Assembly (NCBI GenBank): GCA_020137815.1
Contig: CM035358.1
Span: 5,084,001 to 5,148,000, forward strand
Reading direction: 5' to 3'
Source: Hormiphora californensis
Lineage: Eukaryota; Animalia; Ctenophora
DNA: 64,000 bases
In this document: in pieces, positions 1 to 24,554 of the stretch
Layout of the letters: every line of letters begins with the position of its first letter
How positions within the stretch are numbered: the stretch's first letter is position 1
Notes under the pieces: model-generated
Database searches by the model: none
Seen by the model: only the letters and a program-made list of their open reading frames with translations
Told to the model about the DNA's origin: nothing
Translations under genes and position numbers: made by a program

Positions 1-389
1 GTACCGTGCTGACAGTTGTTAAGCTCTTTGCATCAGTTGAGGCACCAGGGCGGACCCAAAAAGAGAAAAAACGGACTGGCGCGATTAAAACCGCCATTCT
101 TATAGCTCTCACTTCAATAATCTTCAACGGCTATGTTATCGTTATAGCCCTAATCGGTGAAATAGAAGGACGACCATCCTACCCCTGGTGGAGCGATGTT
201 TTCAAGAGTGCGATAAACCTTGCACTGCCCCTTAACTCAGCCCTAAATCCGGTAATATACTTTGTGCGGATTCGGAATATCAGGCTATTTTGGTGGAACA
301 ACATGCTGTGCAGGACAACCAGTGATGTGGGTCGTGTTGTGTCAAACCCTGTGACAAGACCATCCAGAGTGGCATCATCGACTGTTTAA
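1..389 (+). CDS. Rhodopsin-like (class A) GPCR, C-terminal part (TM5 end, TM6, TM7, tail); 5' part lies outside the window
   Basis: Frame is open from the window start. A basic ICL3 (KEKKRTGAIKT) is followed by hydrophobic TM6 and then TM7 with NSALNPVIYF (NPxxY). Stop at 387-389. No intron in the visible part. Confidence 0.85.
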   Translation, partial: TVLTVVKLFASVEAPGRTQKEKKRTGAIKTAILIALTSIIFNGYVIVIALIGEIEGRPSYPWWSDVFKSAINLALPLNSALNPVIYFVRIRNIRLFWWNNMLCRTTSDVGRVVSNPVTRPSRVASSTV

Positions 390-872
390 TCTGCCTGGCG
401 CCGCGACCCCATCTGAGCGTACCGCCAGACAGTGTTTAATAGAGTTTATCTGTATGTCAAATGAATGCACCCTCCGAACCGGGCCGAAGCTGCTGACTCA
501 GCGTGTAAGAAGAAACAGTTGATGTAGTATGACAATTGTTTATGCGGTAGAATTGTAGATTCAAGATACAATGAATAATGCTATTTAGAATTCTAATCAG
601 ATAAATTCTTCTTTGTGTGAACTAACTTATATTGAGAATAAGGATCGGTTGATTGTTTATTAGCCGCATATCAGTGAGGAAGTTTTGTTTGAAGGCCAAG
701 GAGAAAACAAAACTTCCTCACTAACTTATATTTGCTAAGTTATAACCAGTAACCCTCCTTTACATGTGTGTTTCTCCGTGTGGGGCACAGTGGAATAGGA
801 TCAAGCAAGGCAAATTAAACTTGGGGGTTAAAATGGGCCCGGGCGCTTGCCAGCGCTATCTATATAACTTAC

Positions 873-15976
<15,104 letters not shown>

Positions 15977-16899
15977 GCCCCAACTTCATCACCGATGGGC
16001 GGGGAAAGAAATGCTATCGTTTCATCCTGAAATTCGCAAAAATATCATGTTAATCGATTATGTAACAGTTTAGGTGTATACTGTGTATATTCAGTCATCA
16101 GTGGAATAAATCTCTCCAAAGGAGAACTAGAGCGAAAGTTTGGCCTATGCTACAGGCCCTAGAAGCCGTGGAAAACGCGCGCACTTGGGGTCTGCAGCGC
16201 ATGCCAAAGCGAAAGTAAGAAAATTTAGTTTTCAAAAAGCAAAAATTTGGAAACGTTTTATTTTGAACTTGAATTTCACTGCGCGCGCGGCGCTCTAATG
16301 AGCGCGGCGTATAAAAGCAAAGAACTTACCGAATTTGAGCGTCAGCCGCGTTAATTATTATTAAAATTTAAATTAAAAAAATTAAAATCAAACGCGAATG
16401 CGTCCGACTACGTCCCGACGTAGTTTTCCGCAAATGCGTTTGAGCCGGTTGGAACACTTACCGGGCAATCCACCTGTGAAGGTGTTTTCTACCCAAAGCA
16501 ATAGTTTTGGGGATGCTGAAGAGAGTAGAGACTGACACCATCGGTCTCATGCATCCCACACTGACTTTGACAGGTGAGAAGAAGCCCGATCGGTTAAGGG
16601 ACCTTTTGGCTTCTAAGGACCCTTTTAGGGACCCTTTAGGCATTTAAGGGACCCTAGAAAGTTAAGGGACTCTTTAAGGGACCCTCAGTGACAGTGACAG
16701 ACCAACGAGAAGAATTGTCCGACCGTGTTCGGTTAGGGGTTCCATACCGCTTACTCCACACTCAGTACAGTGTACTGAGTACACAGTGCTGATGTTTGAT
16801 GGCATTATATCTGCTGAGTACATCCGGTTAACAAGATAAACAACATCTAAAAACAAACACACACCCTAGTGTATAATAGTTCATTTACACTTTAATGCC

Positions 16900-17042
16900 A
16901 TGGCATTTCGTTTTACCGTTGTACTTTGTATTGTATTTCTCACTATATCCGCTGTTTCCGGAGCCAGGGGCAGCAGAGGAGGTGGGAGGTGGGGAAGTGG
17001 AAGATCAAGTCGAAGTAGCAGTTCGAGATCAAGATATGCCAG
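16900..17042 (+). CDS. Alternative/paralogous first exon (1a): signal peptide plus Gly/Ser/Arg-rich segment
   Basis: MAFRFTVVLCIVFLTISAVSGA-RGSRGGGRWGSGRSSRSSSSRSRYA, ending in phase 2 at AG|GTGGGT. Same layout and phase as exon 18441-18580. Confidence 0.7.
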
Positions 17043-18440
17043 GTGGGTTTATGTTTTATGAATTCTTCCCCCATAGAAATTTCGCGCTGAGGAACCTGCA
17101 TCCTCCAGCCTTTTCGCAGGGGCGACGAAACGGGTTCTGGCAGCCTGTGCGAAGCACGGGTATATGTGGCCGGAGCGCCCGAAGGGCACGTAGGGAGCTC
17201 CGGCGGGGGTTTGGTGGGCGCAGCCCCCGACTGGGGTCCAGGGGCGGAAGCCTCTGGTGGGGGTCTAGGGGGCGAAGCCCCCGGAAAAATTTTTAGTTTA
17301 AGCAAGCATTTTAAAGCATTTTCCCAATAACTACATAATTGTAATACTTTGACCAATCTTTCCCAGTTTCCCTGTATTTTAGACTGATAACACCAGCGAA
17401 CGTATACAATAGCAGTATTTATCTCCCTGTAGGAGTGGTATCTCTTTGGCATCATATTTCCTCATAGAACATTGTGCTTGAGTAGGTCACATTTTTCAAG
17501 TTAAGAAATGCTTGCCTGGGTTGCGTGATCGGCCGACTGCTCATTGTAGCAAATGCTTTATTTTCATGTTGTTGAGTCTCTTGATATTGCACCAAATACT
17601 AATGTAGACAATTCTGTGATTTTGTAGGCTGAAGCAGTGTTTGGTATGTACACCTATCATGTAAATAGATCTCAGTTATTATACTTCGCTCAGATTGTAT
17701 CCGGTCACTATAGATGTTATATAACATGGGCCAATTATCTATTGTAATTGTTAGAACTATAGGTTCTAGTACAGATTGTTTGCGCTTCAACCCTGCAATT
17801 CTCTGAGTAATTATATAAACAGAAAAGTATGAACACTAAAATAAAGATTAAGTAAATTGAGGTAACACCACACTTCTATATTGTTTCTTCTGCTATACAT
17901 GTTTACCTGCGTGTGCCTACATTGAGTTTGTACTACATACATTAACAAGCATCATATTCTATTGTATAAAGTTGCACCGCTCTCTACTCTTTTTCTCTCT
18001 CGCTCTATTTCTCTGGTTCCACTGGTTCCAGGGGCCGAAAACGCCCACTTTTGGGGGTCTGTAATATTACTATGTCATAGTAACTATGGTAACACAACAA
18101 CTTTAGTTATCTCCTTCCTTGTTTTGTTCAAACCCTTTTATTTTCAAGTTTTCTACCCTCTTCTTCGTGTGGCGTGGAGAGAGATGGTTCCCTTTCTCTC
18201 TCTGTTATATTATTATACATTAGTATTATACAATCCCTACGTTATCATTTTTGTATCTGTGGTGCTACCCATGTAATTATTAATGTAATTATTAATGTAA
18301 TTAATATGTACTGCTATCGGGCACACCACAAGGAGCTTCCAATCTTGTTTTGGGAGTCCAGTTCCCTGATCAATCTACCCAATTAAATTTTGTTTGGCCA
18401 ACTCAGTGTACATTGTTGTGTTCCATTATTATAGTCCATC

Positions 18441-21400
18441 ATGAATCGTGTTCTCCTACTGTTGGTGTTTGCCTTGGTAGTCTCTTGTGTGATTGGTGCT
18501 CGTGGGGGCAGTAGAAGTAGCGGCAGTAGATCAAGTAGAAGTAGTTCTAGTCGCAGTAGCTCAACAACACGATACAGCAGGTTTGTGTAAACTGCATTAG
18601 ACAGGATCATATCTCCACAGATTAGGTACATTGAATTAATGATGAATATATGAGTCCTCCCTGTGCTCAACATGCATTATGCAAGCTGAGTAGCATGGCG
18701 TTACCCCAGGAATGTAGACACGTCCTAGTAAACTGCATTTATGATTTCGACGTGAATGTATCATCACACACTGACAATGCTCTGAGCTCTCATGTCTACG
18801 GTTCGGAGAGGGCACTCTTTTGTATGAGACAAACATGGACAGGTGAGTAGAACTTCGCTCCTAATAAAAGGCTGCAATAAAAGGCTGCAGAAAAAGGCTG
18901 CAATAAAAGGCTGCAGAAAAAGGCTGCAATAAAAGGCTGCAGAAAAAGGCTGCAATAAAAGGTTGCAGAAAAAGGCTGCAATAAAAGGCTGCAATAAAAG
19001 GCTGCAATAAAAGGCTGCAAGGGATCACGTATCCAACCAGACTAAAGCGGGGGATAGACCGAATCGTCCTACCCTAATAGTGTTTCGTATCACGTATCGG
19101 CTGTAGAGAGACCGAATCACCATCCCCTAATTATAGTGATTCGTGTCACGTATCCAACTAGACCATATGCGATAGAGACCGAGATAGAGAGCGAGTACGA
19201 GTGAGAACTGAGAGGGTGACAAATCAGAACCACGGTATGGTATCACGTACCATGGTATCCTCTAATGAAAAGCGGTTACCAATTGACAATGAGATCTCAT
19301 CGGTCCCGATACGTGATTCTCTACCGCTATGTATTCTCCATTAGTCTTTCCGTATCGATCCACGATTCAGTAGAGGTAGTCAGTAACTACTGAGAGTGTT
19401 GGTCTAATGAGGTAGCTACCTACCGGTACGATAGATCCATTGATTGAGCGTGTAGCACAATGACAGGTGAACCACCCAACCACTTGGTTCACCTATCATA
19501 GTATTATGTGTGATTCCGCTCTACTGAATTGTGTACATAAAGACTATTGGCGAATGAGGGTAGAAAATCAGTAATCACGTATTGGCACCGATTAGGTGAA
19601 ATTATAGGTAACCGCCTTTCATTTAATTAACCAACACTCTCAGTAGTTACTGACTACCTCTACTGAATCGTTGATCGATACGGAAAGACTAATGGAGAAT
19701 ACATAGCGGTAGAGAATCACGTATCGGGACCGATGAGGTCTCATTGTCAATTGGTAACCGCTTTTCATTAGAGGATACCATGGTACGTGATACCATACCG
19801 TGATTCTGATTTTTCACTCTCTCAGTAGTCAGTTCTCACTCGTACTCGCTCTCTATCTCGGTCTCTATCGCATGTGGTATAGTTGGATACGTGACACGAA
19901 TCACTATTAGGGTAGGACGATTCGGTCTATTCCCCGCTTTAGTCTGGTTAGATACGTGATCCCTTGCAGCCTTTTATTGCAGCCTTTTATTGCAGCCTTT
20001 TTCTGCAGTCTTTTATTGCAGCCTTTTATTGCAGCCTTTTATTGCAGCCTTTTTCTGCAGCCTTTTATTGCAGCCTTTTATTAGGAGCGAAGTTCTACTC
20101 ACCTGCCCAAACATGTTTTTTAACGGTTCAGTGAGACAAATATGTTTTAATAATGAATGGCTTAGCGCCATAGTTACCCATAGTTACCAATACCCGCCAC
20201 CCGGACGGTATGCGGTTTGCTCAGCGTGTGGCTAAGTAACCCAAAAAAATGATGACTTTCTTCCTGCAGATCTCGGTATAGTTCGTCTACAATTCTGACC
20301 TACATGCTCCTCTCTTCCAGCACTCGGAACAGCTACAATAGGGCTTCTTACCATCGCTACGAAGAACCTGGTAAGATCAAATCACCAAATTCAAGCAAAT
20401 TGCTCCAGAAGACTTGTCGGTACAATAGTGATTTATTGTGGCAAACTTGAGATTTAATGCACCTCGACACTGTCAGGCCAATGCTCTGACCACAGTAATT
20501 CTCACGCGCTCCGCGTGCAGAACTAGAGACCTTATTTGAGAGAAGCGAGAATGGGTCAGGCCAATGCTCTGACAGCCTCGACATGATTCAGGCCATACTG
20601 CCACACTAGCCAGTTTACTAAAAAACTGTTGATTTATATTTCAGAGTATTGTCTCTACTGCAATGTTATTTTACTAAAAAACTGTTTATTTATATTTCAG
20701 AGTACTGTCTCTACTGCAATGCATCCATGTCAAATGAAACCTGTCTCGATGTGACAAAGACGGTGTGTCAGCAGTCGTCAGATTGCTTTCACATGACATA
20801 TCTAAATGGATCAGACACTATGATACAAAAGGTAGGTTTATTGTGTTGGGCATATATCACGCCCTCTGTGCGGAATTTCGCCCCCTACTATAACGGCCAA
20901 GGTTATGTGTTTGCAAACACATAACCTTAGCATACATGTATGCTCTATTTGTAGATACTTAATAATAATAATAATATCCGTACTTATATACACGCTCATA
21001 CCATATAGGTTACCAGAACTAAAAAACTAGTAAACTACACGGCAATCAGAGCGGTTCACCATTGCAAACATAACTATAGTCTTAAAAATGAATAAAATGT
21101 TCTAAATCCCATCTAAATGTCCGGTGCTCTGATGCCCAAAAGTCCAGTTCAAAACCTAACTTAATTTGTAAATACACAAACTCAAACACAGCAGTCTCGT
21201 ACTGTCTCTCACACTTCCTCCACCTTGCCCCCTCGAATCCCAAATGTCTTCCCCGGCTCCGCCTCCTTCCTCTCCTTCAGCGCTACCACCAGCTTCCTCC
21301 TCTCCTCCGGAGAACGGTCAGGGGAAATATAGACATTTTTGTGCCTATCAGAGTTTTTCAGAGATTTCTTACTGGATAGTATTTGATCTCGGAAGTCTTT

Positions 21401-22544
21401 GCCACATAAACGTAGCTTTACAGGCCGGTCAGAGCCATCCTTATACTTCCCAAGTCGCTTCATACTGGAAATACCAGTAATACAAGCACCCATACTGTTA
21501 AACACTCTCTTGATCTCGCTCTCCAGATCCTGATCGTTCTCAAGCGGGTCATCAAACAGACCGTGAACAATAACATTGCTCGTCCTGTCCTCTGTCGCTA
21601 CAGCAATAGCCTGACGTACTCGCTGCGGTGCTAGGGCAGTCTCACAATTCTTCTGGAGAACATTAGCAAATGATTTCATCTCCCTCTCAGCGGTAGTCTG
21701 CACAGCACTAATTTCACCGTCTCTCTTCTCAAACAGTTGACACTGTAGCTTAACTAAGCGGTCCTGTGCCTCAACTAACAAACGCTGTGCGGTGATCAGC
21801 TCCTCTTGGCAGTCAATGATTCTCCTCTCACACTCCTCAGTTTCAATAGAAAGCTTATCAATAGCTGGGTAACACCGCTCAACTAGCAAGCGACATGCCT
21901 TCTCTGCAAACTCAGCAAGTTCAGGTTTTCCCACTGCCTTGATCTTACTCTTACTAGGACACTTCAGATTGTCCCAGAAACAGGAAGCTGAACTAGCAGA
22001 CCAATTCTTGGGGAAAGAATCTGCCTCCTTCACATGAACGAAAAGTTCTCGCACTAGGTCCACAACTTCACTCTGAACCTCACGGTATACCCCCTTTGTC
22101 ACTCTTTCATCACTGTTCACTCTGAGTCGGTTAGAAAAGCTACCACTCATGACAGGTGAGCACGAGGTGAGCACAGGGTGTTACAATTGGAGAGATGCTT
22201 GCAACTTTTACTGATAAGGGAGGTCACAAAAACGATACAAAAGCTGCAACTGATCTGATAACTAATACTGACTGATACTTAATTATATTTTAACAGATCT
22301 CGTAGCTAGATACAATAAACACACACCCCTTCCCATTCAGGGTTGCCTCTACGAAGAGTACGGAAAAAGTGGTTGTGAGGATGTTGAAGAGGAATGTGCA
22401 GATAACGGTTTCACCAATTGTACCTGTAATTTCTGTACAACTCCCTTCTGTAACGGTGGATCAAGGATGGCCGTCAGTGGTGTACTCGCTGTTTTTGCTG
22501 CGATTATTATGTCCTATTTCATGCTTGCCAAGAAGTGGGTTTAA
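18441..22544 (+). CDS. Ly6/uPAR (LU, three-finger; quiver/sleepless-like) membrane protein with Ser/Arg-rich N-terminus, about 191 aa
   Basis: Exons 18441-18580, 20270-20370, 20701-20831, 22341-22544 (intron phases 2, 1, 0). Signal peptide MNRVLLLLVFALVVSCVIGA. Domain YCLYCNAS..C..C..C..KGC..C..C..CTCNFCTTPFCNG. C-terminal hydrophobic stretch, then KKWV-stop. Confidence 0.82.
18838..20107. mobile_element. Foldback-type non-autonomous DNA transposon (about 1.27 kb)
   Basis: Termini GACAGGTGAGTAGAACTTCGCTCC / GGAGCGAAGTTCTACTCACCTGCC. Subterminal arrays of ATAAAAGGCTGCA. Arms of about 480-570 bp are inverted around a spacer at about 19403-19630. Flanking direct repeat CAAACATG (18830-18837, 20108-20115). 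Confidence 0.9.
20959..22306 (-). mobile_element. ORF1-only non-LTR retroelement (CR1/L2-like ORF1p) inserted in intron 3 of the LU gene
   Basis: (ATT)n-type 3' tail at 20959-20975. Flanking direct repeat TAGATAC (20952-20958, 22307-22313). Single ORF, with no room for an RT/endonuclease ORF2. Confidence 0.75.
21209..22150 (-). CDS. LINE ORF1p-like protein (coiled coil + RRM/CTD-like), 313 aa from ATG
   Basis: Intact ORF. Heptad-rich region, then DRTSNVIVHGL...RLGK..DRPVKLRL...VYISPDRSPEER, motifs typical of non-LTR ORF1 proteins. Confidence 0.8.
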   Translation of the reverse strand: MSGSFSNRLRVNSDERVTKGVYREVQSEVVDLVRELFVHVKEADSFPKNWSASSASCFWDNLKCPSKSKIKAVGKPELAEFAEKACRLLVERCYPAIDKLSIETEECERRIIDCQEELITAQRLLVEAQDRLVKLQCQLFEKRDGEISAVQTTAEREMKSFANVLQKNCETALAPQRVRQAIAVATEDRTSNVIVHGLFDDPLENDQDLESEIKRVFNSMGACITGISSMKRLGKYKDGSDRPVKLRLCGKDFRDQILSSKKSLKNSDRHKNVYISPDRSPEERRKLVVALKERKEAEPGKTFGIRGGKVEEV

Positions 22545-22790
22545 AGTGAGATATGGGTTGGTTTTATAGGAGAGAGTGGTCATTGTCAGTTGTCAACTTT
22601 TATACAAACAAAAGGATCCAGAGTTGTGGACTGCAGTTTTTATTCTGTTTTGAGTGATTAAATTGTTGATTACTATACAACTTCGTAATTTCATTTAAAA
22701 ATACATTTGTTTTGTTTGAAAAAATGATATCGAGGTAGCAATAGACAAAACCACATACGAAAGACATCTATATATTCTGTCTCCACACAG

Positions 22791-23257
22791 TAGAAAACAC
22801 AGGCGGCCGTCTCCAAGAAACACTCCTGACATGTATGATGGTGTATCGGAAGGCGAGGTACTAAAAGACAATCCCAATGATGGTGAACCCAAGAAATATT
22901 CCCAATGGAAAGCTGGAAACATGTCGCCGCCGACTCCATCTGAGCGCACTGTCACGCGAGAATCAAATTGGGGTACAGGCGCCGCCGACATACAGCTGGA
23001 AACCACGCAACGTTGGCAGCAAAGGAGACATCATGTACCGGGGTGGTTCAACTACGTCGTTCGCGATATACAGGGGATTGCACAATGTGCCCAACAAATG
23101 TTGATGGTTGAGTGGTGGATTAAGGATTTGGTATGCCTACCACAATGCGGCGAGATGGTTCACCTCCCCTCTTACCCCTATGAATGTTATTTAAGAAAGT
23201 GCAATACTCAAACTTACCTAAGCTTACTTTATCTAGGGAAAATATGATGTTTGGTAG
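22791..23257 (+). CDS. Possible unannotated small gene or exon pair, no recognisable family
   Basis: Strong acceptor TTCTGTCTCCACACAG|22791 and an open frame (ATG at 22831). A possible donor GTATGC at about 23151 and acceptor at about 23236 would give a ...WWIKDLGKYDVW-stop ending. Confidence 0.3.
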
Positions 23258-23543
23258 TTTCTACATGCGATACAACGTTGGACATAGAAGTTTGGAACTC
23301 CCTCTCTTTCTGGCGGCACCGATCTCAGCGCACTGTCACCGCCACACACTCCCTATCAGGGTAAGTAGAAGCATACAAAAGAACTATTTACAGATGCACG
23401 ATTGTGCTGGTAGCCTCCATCTTAAGTGTTTCGATTTCCACCCATGCCTCCCTGACCCCCGACATCCCCGTTATCAAAATTTACACATTCACAATCAACA
23501 AAACGCTTCAAGTGTATAGATTAATTTATACGCCTTTCAAGTA

Positions 23544-24407
23544 CAGTCGGACCCCGATTTAGGGACCCCCGATTTAAGGACACCCCGATTTAGGGACAGG
23601 ATTTTTTTCCCCCAAAAATTTTTGAATTTTTTTGGGAAATTTTTTGTGAAATTTTTCAAAAAGATTCCAGCCATGTCCGAATCGTGTTTCGAATCGGTGC
23701 ATCTTATCGCATGTCCTTCTGCTAATTAGACGGTTCGGAACGAACCGATACGTGATCCCCATGGTGCCCATCGAATCACAAGTTCACCAAGGTCCAAGCG
23801 TCAAAATTTTGATTCGATGGGGATCACGTTTCGATTCGTTCCGTCTAATTAGCAGCAGGACATGCGATAAGATGCACCGATTCGAAACACGATTCGGACG
23901 TGGCTGGTATACCTTTAAAAAATTTTATAACTTTTTTGCAAAATTTTACAGTACGATTGTCAATGCTTTGATCGGTGCTCCCCATAAATTTTGAGAGAAA
24001 AAGTTATTTTGAAATTTTTATACTTCCTCACCCGCTTAGGGTGCCCCGATTTGGTATGTTATCACGTATCGGTTCGTTTTGAACCCGCTAATTAGACAGG
24101 ATATCCAGTAAGTTGCACCGATTCGAAATACAAACCGGACGGGCTGGTATAACTTAGAAAATTTTCCACATTTTTTTGAAAAAGAATTATTTTATATTTT
24201 TCTTTTTCTAATCAGAAATGATCATGTCATCAATACATGAATATTGCATATAACAGTTAGAGGTGTCTTTAGTCTTAATGATATAGCATTTTGGGCAATA
24301 AAATAGGTTTTTTGGGTCAAATATGGCTCACCCCGATTTAGTGGACACCCCGATTTAGTGGACAAGACCCTTTCCCCCGAGGGTGTCCCTAAATCGGGGT
24401 CCGACTG
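23544..24407. mobile_element. Tc1/mariner(pogo)-type MITE, 864 bp
   Basis: TA-flanked TIRs CAGTCGGACCCCGATTTAG / CTAAATCGGGGTCCGACTG, subterminal CCCCGATTTAG repeats and an internal inverted repeat at about 23666-23908. Related ends at about 10930-10948, 29473-29500 and a degraded copy at 45296-45460. Confidence 0.9.
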
Positions 24408-24554
24408 TACTGCGCAGCCCAATGCTACAATGCTTTGAATGCTCTGAAAAAATAATATATAGTTTGTAACAAAAATCACAGTCACACATTTATTTAGAAA
24501 ATCGTACATATATTACTGTTTGTGGATCAATGAATCCCAATTTTCTCAGCATCT

